A DNA stretch of 64,000 nt, taken from contig OX597816.1 of NCBI GenBank assembly GCA_951406725.2, forward strand, positions 53,010,001-53,074,000. The letters run 5' to 3'. The notes beneath the pieces are model-generated. The model searched no databases. It saw only the letters and a list, made by a program, of their open reading frames with translations, and had not been told where the DNA came from. This document shows, piece after piece, positions 11,993 to 25,864 of the stretch. Numbering within the stretch: the first letter of the stretch is position 1; each line of letters starts with the position of its first letter. This stretch comes from Octopus vulgaris (taxonomy: Eukaryota). A program made the translations under genes and the position numbers.

Positions 11993-13716
11993 CAGGAATT
12001 TTATTTCTAACAGACTAAGCAATCATGTATATTGGGAATGAGACTTTATCCATTTCTTTTGACTATAACCTGGTGTTAAAGCCCTTCACCTACCAAAGTG
12101 GGTTGTATACAGTTAAGTTGTTTGTCCATAAGTTACATCTGTTTACAAGATAAATCCATGATGTTGATTTCCAAATTAAATCACTGATAAATAAGTTATA
12201 TTAAATAAATTCTAACTCACTCTTTGAGATATCAACCACCGTCATGCTCAAAAATCAAAGGAAGGAACTATCCAAAGACATTTTGTTATAAAATGCAGAA
12301 AATAAACATGGATGATACAAAACAGGAAGTCTTTCGAAAGGTTTTTTTTTCTAAAATGTGGATAAATTAAGAGTGCTTAGTTCTACTGCTTTAATTCGCA
12401 AGCAATAACAATATTTATGCAATTTAGTATTCAGTGATAGATATTTATTCCTCTCTCCTCCATCTCCCACTCTCCTTTTGCACTCTCGCAAACGTTCTTA
12501 CCCATTCTCCTTATCCAATCCTCCAGACTATTTAACTTATATACACCTCCCTTTAACTTGGAGATATGCTCTGAAACATCTTCACCATCTTCTCTATCTG
12601 TGCATCTCTCTTTCTCTCTACCCCTTTTCTCTCTCTCTTTCTCTCTCTCCACTTTTCCAACTGGGATTGTCATGTATCTCCTCTACCACAAGACACCTGT
12701 TTCTGTCCCTCTACTATATTTTAAACTCTCATCCCATATCACAAATCCACCTTCAATGATATTCCCCCTTCAGTTGAGGGATCACATCTTGTAAGTTATT
12801 TGGTGATCCCACTGGTGCTGCTGGTGCCACTCTAACAGCACCCAGTGCATTTGTAAAGTGGTTGCTGTTAGAAAGGGCATCCAGCAATAGAATGCATGTC
12901 AAAGAAGACATTACAGCTTAATGCAGTCTTCTGATTTGCCAGCTCTTGCCAAACCAATCAATCCATGCCAGTATGAAAGGTCTGCTTGTCTCTCTATCCG
13001 TTTGTCTTTCTCTACTTGAAAAATTAACCACCATCATACTCATGATGATGATATCTGTGGTATAGGACTATCAAACTTAAACTTGTTCACTAACATAGTT
13101 CTTTAAAGATTCATAAGAAAAACACAGTTTAAGCCACAAGACTAAAACACTAATATGATACAATTTGCCTTTAACTCTTAATTAGGCATAACAGATTTCT
13201 GTTGGCCTATTGCACGTCTTGTAACATAATTCATGAAAGAATATATACAAATTAATGATGTAATATTCATATCCTATCACAGCCAATTAACATTTGGCTG
13301 TAAATTTACATATTTTCATAAAAAATTTTTAATCTTTATTGTAAGCTGCATAAAACTAATTCTTTTTTCCCATGACTGATTCTAATAAAAGAAACAGAGT
13401 TGCTGATGGTATTTTTTGGTTTGACAAAAAATTGAAAAATTGACCCCAAAATAGTGACCAAAAAACGTTTCACGGACATAAGTGGATTAAAGTGTGTCTT
13501 TTGTCGATGTTTATGAAAAGTACAATCGAAAGGTATAGTTAGGTCATACATAAGTAAAGACTGAAACGGTCTCTGTATTTGGACATAGGCAGGGCTATGT
13601 TGTTCAGAATCCACCCTTGCAACAATTCACTTTGGGGTTTAGTTCCACTGTGCAACATTTTGTGATCCTTGAGTGGAATGAATAGACAGAAGCCCATCAT
13701 ATATATATATATATAT

Positions 13717-14012
13717 CACGTGATCACGTGACCGACCTGGCTATCAGATGTTGCTACACATCGCTGGTCACAATGCGCTTCGCATTGTTTTAACCTTCAA
13801 ATGATGCCACCCTGCTGGCTAAGCGAGCAGGCCAACAGAAGAAAGAGTGAGAGAAAGTTGCGGTGAAAGACTACAGCAGGGATCGCCACCATCCCCTGCC
13901 GGAGCTATAGGTGTTTTCGCTCAATAAACACTCACAACGCCCGGTCTGGGAATCGAAACCTCGATTCTACGACCGTGAGTCTGCTGCCCTAACCACTGGG
14001 CCATTGCGCCTC

Positions 14013-14015
<3 letters not shown>
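13717..14015 (-). mobile_element. SINE family C, well preserved, flanked by (TA)n
   Basis: tRNA-like head GGAGGCGCAATGGCCCAGTGGTTAGGGCAGC..GGTTTCGATTCCC. Confidence 0.85.
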
Positions 14016-14053
<38 letters not shown>

Positions 14054-15867
14054 GTGTGTGTTTGTGTGTGTGTGTGTGTGTGTGAAATGGTTGATATTCC
14101 ATGGCTTTATTTGTTGTTGCCAGAAAAAAACTGTGACATGATGTTTACATTCCCTCTTAATACAATAACCAGCCGTTTTACTTTCAAAGGCTTTGTGGTA
14201 TTAAAAGGAAATAAATCTCTTACTAGCAAAATAGACAGGAGGGGTATCTGGCTACAGAAAATTCTGTTTCAAATTAGTCTCCATCTAAGCCATGAAAGTG
14301 TAGAATACACAAATGAACAAATACACAAACAACTGAATGAGCAAGTAAACATTTCTAATAGAATCTTATTGCAAAAATTAATCTATTTTCAAAATGTCTG
14401 TTAATGAAAATAGCACCATTATGCAAGCAAGTTATGAAAAGTTTGAGGTAACTGCAAAGAAAGTGAAACCACACATCAAAGGCATGTTAATTAAAGAGTG
14501 TATAGGTGTTGCTGCATGAATTTTAACTTAATAAATGTCAGATTGTTTTAGAATATCAATTTATTGTAGTAGATGTTTTCTGATAGTATAAGAATTGTAT
14601 CTAACAGTATCCATGTATTTTTGAAATGAACAGCAACAGAATGTGTGCTTTATTCAATTGCTTTAGATTATAAAAATAGACATTAGTAATTGCATTGCAG
14701 TTGGTTATATTTATATATGAGATAACAGCAAACTTTATGACACTAGATTTTGCTTGATTTTTAAATTGATGTATGGGACTAATAACTAAAAGTGAGGGAA
14801 TTTTTTCTTTTTCTTTTTGAGGTCTAAACAGTAAAATGTTGCCAATTGACCCTAGCAGTGTAGTTACATAATCTAAGCAGTGCATAATCTAAGGTAGAAT
14901 CACAAGAGAGACTTGCTGCTTTAAACAAGAAAAGACTGATGTGTCTTCAATTACCTTTATAGAGTGTAACTGTCTTATTTATTAATGTAACCTAAGAGTA
15001 CAGTCTTTAAAAATGAAGAATGTGATGCAAGTATTAACTTCATAAAGCATAAAGGATTAGGTAACATTGAATTCAAAGATATTTCAATGGACTGTAAAGT
15101 GGATTTATCATACAATTGTGGGGTTTACCAGATAAGTAACCAAGTCCATTCTCAGTTATTTTATGAGCTGAACAATGAAGTAAAACTTTTCATATAACTA
15201 TAATAGAATTACAGAGATGTACTTGATTAGCATGTGACTTGATCTGAGGTCATGTGCTGAAACAAAAACAATTGTAGTGTGGAGGATGTTTATAAGTCAT
15301 TTAAGAACGCATACACACACAAAAAAAAAATCGTTAGATTCACTTCAACATTTAAATTCAATTTGTGTCAAAATATTTTTGTTATTTTGAAACCGCAGCC
15401 TGTTCTCTGGCAAAAATTCGTACTAGAATTAGAACACCAAAAATAGTTATTGGATTTCATATTTTTGGTCGATATCACTAGCCACTCGAATAATCTAAGT
15501 TTGAAACAACAAACACCTAATTAACCTATCACCTCTTCTTTTTTGTTAATATTAGATATGAATGTTAAATCAATGCTGCTAATTGTTCATAACTCAATTG
15601 AAAGAAACACTGTATGATACATTTTCCAACACTGAAGAACAGTCAACAGAATCGATAGTGGAGCATTGTACAAAGTGTACCAAACTTTTTGGACTGATTT
15701 TGAAAAAGTTTCATGTTTTACAAAATTATTAGCTTGAAGGATGCATTAATCCTTTTGTTCTGGTGCACCATACTGCCCCTGCTTCACTTAAACCTGTGTA
15801 AAATCAATTAAAATTAGATATTAATCCTTGGTGGTGTTGTTGTTATTATTATTATTATTATTGTTAT

Positions 15868-15975
15868 TATTCAGTAGTTTTATTTTTATAGCGTGCTTTC
15901 ACTTCACTACTGAGCGCAGCTCTGTGTGCCTTAGGTATGTGCTGTGATTTGTTGTGATGCTCTGATGGTTATTGT
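15868..15975 (-). mobile_element. 3' end of an R4/Dong-like LINE embedded in (TAA)n
   Basis: Reverse match to the 22190-22268 3'UTR (CACAGAGCTGC.CTCAGTAG..AGTGAAAG). Confidence 0.7.
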
Positions 15976-15992
15976 TATTATTATTATTATTA

Positions 15993-16033
<41 letters not shown>

Positions 16034-16034
16034 T

Positions 16035-16235
16035 AAGGTGGTGTGCTGGGAGAATCATTAGCATGCTGGATGAAATGCTTTGGGACATTCTGAGCTCGAA
16101 TTCCACAAGGATCGACTTTGCCTTTTATCCTTTCAGGGTCAATAAATTAAGCACAAGTGAAACACTGGGGGCGATGTAATCAACTAGTCCCCTCCCCACA
16201 AATTTCAGGTCTTGTGCCTATAGTAGAAAGGATTA
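16035..16235 (+). mobile_element. SINE family A
   Basis: Head plus Nin-like core. Confidence 0.8.
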
Positions 16236-16244
16236 TCATTATTA

Positions 16245-16830
16245 TTTAAGATACCGCACAGCATCTAATATTGTGATGCTGTTGATTAAAGATATTGCGC
16301 CTACCAAGGACCTTAAACTGACAGTACTTTATGCAACATGCATGCAGTTCCACGTAATGCTGATTTTTTGCAATACACTTAGATTGTAGGATATTTCTAA
16401 AGCTTCCAGATGTTTCTTCAGGTTGGGTGTTACTGAACCCAGTGCTCTGATGACACCAGGGACGATCTTTATAGTTGACTCTCATAGCTGCTACATCTTG
16501 GTGATCTCAATTCTCAGGTCTCCATATTTATCAATCTTTTCTCTTTCTTTCATGATAATATGTTGATCTCCTGGCACTGCTACATCGATTATTAGGTACT
16601 CTTGTTTGTCCCACCTAAAGGTTACCATATCCAGCCATTGGTGCTCTAACACCTTGTCTGCCTGGAAGTCAAAGTCCCAGAGGATTTTGCCTTACTCTTT
16701 TTGTCCATTACCTGTTCCGGTGTATGTTGGTACCAAGCACTTGTTACCTCATATCCATACTTCCAGCATAGTAACCAGTCTGTGCTTGTACCCTTTCTGC
16801 ACAAGACTTTCACAAGTACTGACAATGTAA
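16245..16830 (-). mobile_element. R4/Dong-clade LINE 3' fragment (RLE domain, degraded)
   Basis: Translates to ..WDFDFQADK..IDVAVPGD...KEREKIDKYGDLRIEI...ALGSV...LQKSAL; ends in a TAA tract. Confidence 0.8.
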
Positions 16831-17031
16831 GTCATGCTTTCAACCCTCTTCGCACTTGTGTGGCATATATCCCTTTTCCATGAGTTAGTATTTAATGCCT
16901 AATCCTGGGCAGCAATCATTAGGCTTTGAGTCTTCTTTTTTAGGTTACCCTTGTTGAGTCACCTCCATTATAATTATCATTATTATTATTATTATTATTA
17001 TTATTAGTAGTAGTAGTAGTAGTAGTAGTAG

Positions 17032-17073
<42 letters not shown>

Positions 17074-17083
17074 TATTACTACT

Positions 17084-17318
17084 AAGGTGGTGAGCTGGCA
17101 GAATCATTAGCATGCTGGACGAAATGCTTAGTGGTATTTCGCCCATTGCTATGTTCTGTGTTCAAATTCCACGAAGGTCGACTTTGCCTTTCATCCTTTC
17201 TAGGTCAATAAATGAAGTACTAGTGAGCTGATGTAATTGACTTATCCACTCCCCCAAAATAGCTGCCCTTGTGGCAAAATTTGAAATTCTCCTCTTCTTC
17301 TTCTTCTTCTTCTTCTTC

Positions 17319-17365
<47 letters not shown>

Positions 17366-17597
17366 TCTACTATTATTAATACTAAGGTGGTGAGCTGGCA
17401 GAATCGTTAGCATACCACATGAAACACTCAGTGATATTTCATCTGTGTTTATGTTCTGAGTTCAAATTCTGCCAAGGTTGACTTTGCCTCTCATCCTTTC
17501 AAGGTTGATAAATTAAGTACTATTTGTGTACTGAGGTCGATCTAATTGACTGCTCCCTTCCCCCAAAATTTCACCTTGTGCCTAGAGTAGAAAAGAT
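17084..17597 (+). mobile_element. Two tandem family A SINEs separated by (TTC)/(TTA)n
   Basis: AAGGTGGTGAGCTGGCAGAA heads at ~17084 and ~17384. Confidence 0.85.
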
Positions 17598-17610
17598 TAT
17601 TATTATTATT

Positions 17611-18168
17611 GAGTGAGAGAGCAGTGCATGCCATCAAAGTGACACTGAGGTACAAATATATGAAGCCCAGCATACCCTTCATGACTATCCGTTTGATAAG
17701 GGTACACCAGGAACATGCATTACAACCATATGTGCGCAACATGGTGATCTCATATCAAAATAAACAGCACATAACCTTGCAGGTGGGGCCCAGTTAGAAT
17801 TTTCTTCTGGTTGAGTAACCCATCCTGCTCAAAAGGTCCCTGAATAAGGGATGTTTAGGGATGTTGAACAAAACACCCATGATTCCAGAGGTGAATTATT
17901 CAAACACCAAAGAGTCCCTCTCAACACATGGCTATGATGCTCCCCCACTACTTCTGCTCATAGTCAGAGATGCACATATCATCAGCCACTAAGGGACAGG
18001 CTCAACTGGTTAAGGTCAAACAACTGACAAGCAAATGTGTGGTACTGAGCAGAATATTTGCTGTAGCCCATCTTTTATACCAAGACAAAACAATGAACAT
18101 GATAACACTTCCAATCAGTTAAGATCAGAAGCCATGAGAGCCACTGCCTGGTACTGCATCACGGCATT
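17611..18168. mobile_element. Unclassified ~560-bp insertion within (TTA)n
   Basis: Sharp compositional boundaries; TTA repeats on both sides. Confidence 0.5.
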
Positions 18169-18711
18169 TATTATCATTATTATTATTAATTATTATTATT
18201 ATTATTACTATTATTATTATTATTATTATTAGATCTTATAACATGGTAGCTGGCAGAATTGTTAGCTGGGTGAAACGTTTAGTGGCACTTCTTCCAGCTT
18301 TACATTCTGTGTTTAAATCCCACAGAACTCAACTTTGCCTTTCATCCTTTCAGGGTCAATGAAATAAGTAGCGGTTGAGCACTGGGGCTGATGCTATTGA
18401 TTTGCCCACCCCACACAAAATTTTAGATCTTGTGCTGATAGCAGTAAGGATTATTATTAGATCTTATAAAATTACCCAGCTTTAATTGTTTATTTGTTCA
18501 GGAGTTTTATATATCTTATATTTTTTAATTTCATATATTTTTCTTAAGTTCTATAACTCATAAAACTGGTTACCTAGTTTCCATGACATATAAACAACCC
18601 AGATCACAACATTCTCCTGAATGAGATGCTAGTCCATTGCAGAGTTCAAGGCCGGCAATTAAGATGGGAAGGGACAAAGTCAATTACATTAACCCCCACT
18701 ATATAGCTGGT

Positions 18712-19050
18712 GTGAAGGAACATGGCTCAATGGTTAGAGCATAGAGCTTATGATCGTGAGATTGTGAGTTCGAATCCCAGACCAGGCTGTGTGTTGTGTT
18801 CTTGAGCAAGACACTTTATTTCACATTGCTCCAGTTCACTCAGCTGTAGAAATGAGTTGCGATGTCACAGATGCCAAACTGTATCGGCCCTTGCCTTTCC
18901 CTTGGATAACACTGGTGGCATGGTGAGGGGAGGCCGGTATGCATGGGCGACTGCTAGTCTTCCATAAACAACCTTGCCCGGACTTGTGCCTGGGAGGGTA
19001 CCTTTCTAGGTGCAAATCCCATGGTCCGTGTCGTAACCGAAGGGGGTCTC
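18712..19050 (+). mobile_element. SINE family D
   Basis: TGGCTCAATGGTTAGAGC / GAGTTCGAATCCC boxes; reverse homolog at 56090-56424. Confidence 0.85.
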
Positions 19051-19941
19051 AGATATAGCTGGTAGTTTATTTTATTGATCCACAAGAGATGAAAGTTGAC
19101 ATTAGCGGGATCTGACCTCAGAATGTAAACATCCAAAAGAAGTGCCACTGCTCATTGCTTTAAATCTTTTATAGATATTGAAAAATATTCACTTTTCAAG
19201 AATCTTACATTGAAAATTGCATCACATCTGATGTGAAAAGTTTTTCTCAGTATTAATTTTGGCTTAGGATCGCTTGCCTGATAGACACACAGATCTTAAT
19301 CTTACAAGCAAAATAAGAATTGCTGTATCACCATTCTCATCTAACATCCCAATATGAATCTGACTAGATCCTCATTAACTTAGAAAATGCATGTCTTTCA
19401 CAAAGCTCCTTCAATATGATAAGATTTTGTAATTTCAAAGAATGGACTAATATAAATGGTCTTCTAAAAACATGTTCAATAAAAATTAATCTTTTTGAAT
19501 CTGCACACTAGCAAATACCCATTTATGGAAAGGAACCAATGGTAAAAGCAGATTGGCCAGTGCTGAGTGTACAATATTTCTTACAGTGTAGAATAGCCTT
19601 TTATGGAAAAGGAAGAGAATGTTAAGAAGATTTAACATCTTTGAGCTTTCCAAAGGAAAGTAGAATCGATATTCTTGTTAAGATGCAGAATAAGAAGGTT
19701 CATTTAATTTAAAACATGATCCGCTGTGACATTTTATGTTTTTATATTTAAAATATTTATAATTGGTTATATTCTGCATTATAATGTGTTAATTAATGTC
19801 ACCTAATGCAATTACGTGCATACTTGTGAATATGTAAAATTTACGATCCCTTGTTTTATTTGGCAGAGATGCTTTCCCCATATTACAGAGCTTCCTCTTA
19901 TTAATTCACACAGACACAGACACACACACATATATATAAAT

Positions 19942-19980
<39 letters not shown>

Positions 19981-20054
19981 CACACATATACATACACACG
20001 ATGCAAACAACTTGAGAAAAAATATATATGGGGAGTATGTGTGAGAAAAATGTA

Positions 20055-20600
20055 GTGCCTGTGGAACTTGGAACGAGACAGTGGCACACATTGTGACAGA
20101 ATGGCCCAAGCTGGCACAGGAAGAATATAAGAAATGGAGGCACGACCAGGCTGTAAAAGTTTGTCACTGGAAACTGTGTCAGAAATGGAGATTTGAAGCT
20201 GGAAACACATGGTATATTCACCGAGTCAAAAGAGTACTGGAGTCAGAGAAATGCAGGCTTTTGTGGGACTTTCTTATTCAAATGGACAAGAAGTTGGAAA
20301 ATGATAAACCAGGCATAACAATTATAGATAAGGAAAATTAAGTTCCTTACTGATCGACCCATTATGCCTGTTTGATTATAGGATCATAAAGAAAGAGGAT
20401 GCAAGACAAAAAAATATATATAATCCCTTAAAATTTGAAATAGAAAGAATTTGGAAAAAATGAAAAAATATGAGAACTGAAAAGGTCATGTGTATGATAA
20501 TTGATGAGTTGGAAACAGTAAGCCAAGATATAGACAAATGGCTGAAGGAGATTGGAATAGAATGCCCTGTAGAGCTCCTACAAAAAGTTTGTCTCTTAGC
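20055..20600 (+). mobile_element. R4/Dong-clade LINE fragment (Zn-knuckle region + RLE)
   Basis: HIVTE.PKLAQEEYKKWRHD..HWKLC; LLWDF; KPGITIIDK; IGIECPVELLQKVCLL. Confidence 0.8.
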
Positions 20601-20604
20601 TAAT

Positions 20605-21460
20605 CGAAGAATGCAGAGAACAGGGATGGAATGTCGAATATTATCATCTGGCAGTGGGGGCTAGAGGCTTCATTGAAAAGAAAATGACAATGCTTTTCAA
20701 AAGAAGATTTGTTTTTTCTAGCCCCGAGCTGCGTAAACTAATAAGGAGAGTACAGGAGGCAGTTGAAAAAGCCAGCTTCTATATATGGCTGAAGCAGGAA
20801 GACCGAAAATGGCTTGAAAGTCATAAACATGCCGGCGAGAAATAACATCATTAGGTGAGACAAGCTGATTGAATCAGCTTCGCTGACTGACAGGTGACAG
20901 TTGTTTAGGAAAAGCGCGGACTAAAACTACGCGCCTTCACTAGTCAGTTAAGGTGAGACAGTGTCACATGACAACTTGCTGGGGCTGCCTGCTGACAGGT
21001 AACGGTCGTTTAGAAAAAGCGCGGGCTAAAACTACACACCTTCACTAGTCAGTTAAGGTGAGACAGTGTCACGTGACAACTTGCTGGGGCTGCCTGCTGG
21101 AGCCTATGTGGCAGGTATTTAAAGGGAGAAATTTGACAAGACAGTCAGTCACCGGCTGACACTCGCTGATGATACATTGACGAGGCCAGGGAACAGAAGA
21201 AAGAAGACATGCACCCAACACCAGAGCTGAAGACACCTCCGAAAGGGGAGGCCCCACCACGTCAAAACGGTAGAGGAGTAGGGGCCGAAACCGGACGTGG
21301 TTCCCCCTGATGATGTCTTGAGCTAACTGGATCCTATAAAGGAGCTGTTGTGGTAGCAGACCACGAAACACGGTTGTAATTCCTCCCTGGAAACTTGTAG
21401 ATACCTAAGGTCACAGGTAGTAACCCACTACCCACATAAATCCTACCAGGAATAAGACTG
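20605..21460 (+). mobile_element. HERO/NeSL-like RLE LINE 3' end with long 3'UTR
   Basis: ECREQGWNVEYYHLAVGARGF...EAVEKASFYIWLKQEDRKW matches the HERO C-terminal pattern; the 3' boundary is approximate. Confidence 0.7.
21268..21319 (+). ncRNA. Candidate non-circularly permuted hammerhead ribozyme
   Basis: CGG-UA-GAGGA / GGGGCC-GAAA-CCG / UCCCC-CUGAUGA-UGUCUU, in strand order A-C-B. Confidence 0.5.
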
Positions 21461-21479
21461 AACCTGAATCAAACCAAAA

Positions 21480-22274
21480 TAATAAGGAGTTGCAAAATAC
21501 CATGATAAAATGATGGCAAGAAAAGCCATTACGTGGCAAGTAAACTAAACAGAAAAGAAATAGATGAAGTAAGATCCCAACAATGGTTGAAAAACTCAGG
21601 ACTCAGAGCAAAGACTGAAGGATTTTTAATTGCTGCACCAGATCAAAGCCTCCCCCACCAGAAACCATCAGAAACACATAATGGAGAAAAATACAATAAG
21701 TAACTGCAGAATATATTGTGATGGGGAAGAAAAAAAAAAGTCTCTGGCTGCCCAGTCCTGGTTAAGAAGAAATATATCCACAGACATGACTGAGTTTGAA
21801 CCTATATACACTTAAAGCTATGCCATCACTATGGAATTACAACAGAAAAAATGGTGTGCGCATATCCCAGAAAAGGTCTCAGGAAATGAGAAAACAACCA
21901 TACTCTCAGATATGCTAATACACACAGATACAGAAATCAAGGCTAATAGACCACATATAGTTGTCAGAGATCACCAAGAAAAAAAATGTCTTCAAATCGA
22001 TGTATCTATCCCAACAGACAATACTGTATCTCTCAAAGAAATAGAGAAAATCTCAAAATTCAAAGATCTGGGAATAGAGATAACCTGGATATGGAACCTA
22101 AAAACAGAAACAATCCCTATAATAATAGGTGCATTTGGTATGATCCCTACATAAGCACTTTCAATACAATAAAATAACACCAACACAAATTACAATACAT
22201 ACCCAAAGCACACAGAGCTGCACTCAGTAGCGCAGTGAAAGAACATGATAAAAGTAAGACTTCTGAATAACAAC

Positions 22275-22328
<54 letters not shown>
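21480..22328 (+). mobile_element. R4/Dong-clade LINE 3' fragment with (TAA)n tail
   Basis: EGFLIAAPDQSL; IKANRPHIVVRD..KKCLQIDVSIP..KEIEKISKFKDL (PD..D.K RLE); (TAA)n at 22268-22328. Confidence 0.85.
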
Positions 22329-22542
22329 CCTTTTTACTGTAGGCACAAAGTCTGAAATTTTGGGGAAGGGGTTAAGTCGATTATATCGACCCAAGTGTGT
22401 AACTGGTACTTATTTAATTGACCCCAAATGGATGAAAGGCAAAGTCAACCTCAGCAGAATTTGAACTCAGAACATAGCGACAGACGAAATACTGCTAAGC
22501 ATTTTGCCCAGCTTGCTAACAATTCTGCCAGCTCACTGCCTT
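22328..22542 (-). mobile_element. SINE family A
   Basis: Reverse head and core. Confidence 0.85.
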
Positions 22543-25184
22543 AATAATGATGATGATGATGATGATGATAATAGTAGTAATAATGATAAAGTAGTGAGAT
22601 CCAAAATGGTCATGGTAAAGGCAATTGGCTAGGTATAAGAATAGGGATAACTTGTATATAAATCATAAAACCAAAATACTTGATCAATAAAGTTTATTAA
22701 TCAACATATGCCATACACTTCATCCCATTTTGAAATAGATACAGAGTGGGATAAACTGGCAGCTAATATAAACTCCAATATATAACAACAAAAGGTACCA
22801 ATCATGTGATTATAAATTGTTATATAACTTCAGGCCAGCTTTCCATGGAAACATATGTAGTATGCTTTTACCCACTCCATTCTCTCTACACACACACAAG
22901 CAAGCATGCATGCACACATGAACATATACATATCTAACTAGCTATATATATAAATAGATTAATATATACATATATGAACATGTGTGTGCATGTGTATATA
23001 CATATATATATACACAAACAGATGTAGGTATGTATACACACAAACGTGTGTCTGTTTGTGTGTGTGTGTGTGTCTGTGTGTGTGTCTGTGTGTGTGTAAA
23101 TATATGAATATTTGTGTATATATAACATATGCATGTATATATATATATATAATATACATGTATGTTTATACATGCATGTGCACAGCCACACATGTTTGCA
23201 TGTGTATACATTGCTTTAGTGAGAAATATAACTTGAATTCTTGACAAACCACAAGGATATTAAAATGACCACAGTTCCTGGTTTGTTAGACTTCATTTAA
23301 TCCCTACCATTATTATGCCAAGAATTTCACCCTACTGCTACTTTGTAAGTTAGTTTGCATATTACTAATTATCAGTCTGCAATTAAACTTTTACCTTTAT
23401 GCCAACACAGCATGGACACAGTTGGCAAACTGACACAAATTTATTTACTAGCTTGTTCCCACCTTGTGAGTTCAGTAGCATTAGTTATGTAACTAAAATA
23501 TGTGATCTCTTGCCATAGTTAGATATTATCTTATTATTATCAGATCTGAAATTACAGTCAATTTGCTGCTCCTGTCAATTTGTCAAGAACTTGGAGCATT
23601 CTTAAGACCAATTCCACAACATAAACTAACTTTTATCTTTTACTTAGTTCACTTAGTGGACTGCAGCCATGCTGGAGTATTGCTTTGAAGGTTGTCAGTT
23701 GAACAAATCAATTTTAGTACTAACGTTTTATGTCTGGCACTTATTCTATCACATACTTTTGTTGGACCACTAATTGATGGAGATGTAAACAAGCAAGAAG
23801 AGTGGGAAAGAAGAGAGGAGGAGGAGGGGAAAGAGGGGAAGGAGGAGGAGGTGGAAGAGGAGAAGGAGGAGGATACTGTATTAGCGTAATGGTAATTTTT
23901 TTAAGACTAATGTAAGCAATTAAATTTTTGTCAAATATACATGTAAAATTAATAATCTTTAAAAAAAAAAACATCTAGTTCTTGTATCAATTCATAATAA
24001 TATGTCAAACTAACAAAGGAACCTCTGTGTAGAAATAGCAGCCAAGTTTCTTTAAAATGTCTTGAAAAGAGTGGGATGAGGGATACATTCAATAGTGTAG
24101 TCACAGAGTTCTAGAGTTATAGGGCTTCAGGAAAACCCTGGAATAGTCATTGCTGGAACATCATTAATTAGGGGTTTGCTTGATAAAAGCTGATATGGAG
24201 ATGAACAAAATCTAATTTTGATATGTGTTTCAGTAACATCAACCATCAATTATTAATTCTAAAACAATGTCCTTGTCTTGTTATTTCCATTGTTCTATCT
24301 TGAATTTTAATTCCAAATAAGGGAATCCTGTTGAGTGAACAGGAAGTTCCATTATATGTTATTTCCCAAATATTGAATATTGATTCATCAAAATATATTA
24401 ATAATAATAAGTTTCTTAAAAGCATAAGATCTATGCCTTTTGAAAGAGTGTTAGCATATTTAGAATGGAATATTCATGTCTTATAAACAAAGAAGATATT
24501 CTTTTGAGACATTTAATAATCATGTGTTAAACATTAAGAATCAATAAGACGTTAATAGTTAGAATTATTCTGTCTATAGATTTCGTTTTAGAGACACCGT
24601 ATGATGGTCTATAAAATGCTAGAAGTTTCTATGACAGCAGCACTGACGTCCTCACCACTATCACCATTATTATACCACCGCCACAACTATCCCCACTATC
24701 GCGATTTTGAACAGAGCAAAATGTTATGGCAAATTGAAATTAAAGCTACTGTCACTGCCATAAGCCAGAGTGATATTTTAGATATTGAACATATCTGATG
24801 TGGATAAACAGATGGTAGTAAACAAAGTAGAAGGAAACTTTTAAGATTTTAGATAAACTCTTCTACTAAGAGCAATTCAAAGTAAAGAAATAAATGATAG
24901 AGCAGAGTTAATGTCTCACATTTTTGTCTTCTACCTAGCAGGTGTCCATCTGCAACACATATATTTCGTCTTTTGCTCACATTATGCAATGCTTTAATGA
25001 TCTCACTCTCACTGTCTAAGTCTGTCTGCTCTCTCTCTCTTTCTCTCTCCTCTCTCTCTCTCTCTCCCTTTCTCTTTTTCTCTTTTTTGTTTCCGCTTTC
25101 TCTCTTCCTCTCTCTCCTCTCATTCTCTTTCTCTCTTCATATCTCTTCTTATATATATGTGTGTGTATGCATGTATGTATGTAT

Positions 25185-25216
<32 letters not shown>

Positions 25217-25326
25217 TGCATGTATGCTCATATGTATGTATGTATGTATGTATGCATGCTTGTATGTATGTATGTATGTATGTATGTATGTATGTATGTA
25301 TGTATGAATGTATTATGTATGCATGC

Positions 25327-25362
<36 letters not shown>

Positions 25363-25864
25363 ATATGTATGTATGTAAGTATTTATATTAATGTTTGCTT
25401 TTATGTATATATATATAAAAAATTTAAACCATACTGAGGAATTACTCAATATTTTTTTAGTCAAGTACATATTTATTAAACTTTTACAAAAAAATAGGTG
25501 ACAGTGACTTCAAAGTGCAATTGAAAGTGATTCAGAAAACAATCATAATAATAATAATATTATTATTTATTATAAATCATCTTAACATTCAGTTTACTTT
25601 ACATAAAATATTTTTTTACCTTCCATTGTTGTTTTACGAGTGTTATAAATTTTATAGGTAGAATGTTTTTCTGAGAATGAATTACAATTTATAACATTGC
25701 TACTATGGGAAAATTATTGCTCTGCTTTATGAATTTCCATTTTATGAGCAGTTTCCAGGAATGAGTTCAAAATCAGCCAAGATCAACTTTACCTTTCATC
25801 GTTTAAGAGTCAATAAAGGCGGCGAGCTGGCAGAAACATTAGCAAGCCGGGCAAAATGCTTAGC

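Noticed and set aside
13940-14015. tRNA-like sequences at SINE heads
   Set aside because: They run directly into SINE bodies and lack proper cloverleaf ends; not tRNA genes.
21163-21245. Extra CTGATGA and CTGAAGA..GAAA motifs in the HERO 3'UTR
   Set aside because: No stem II, or no NUH/stem I pairing could be built.
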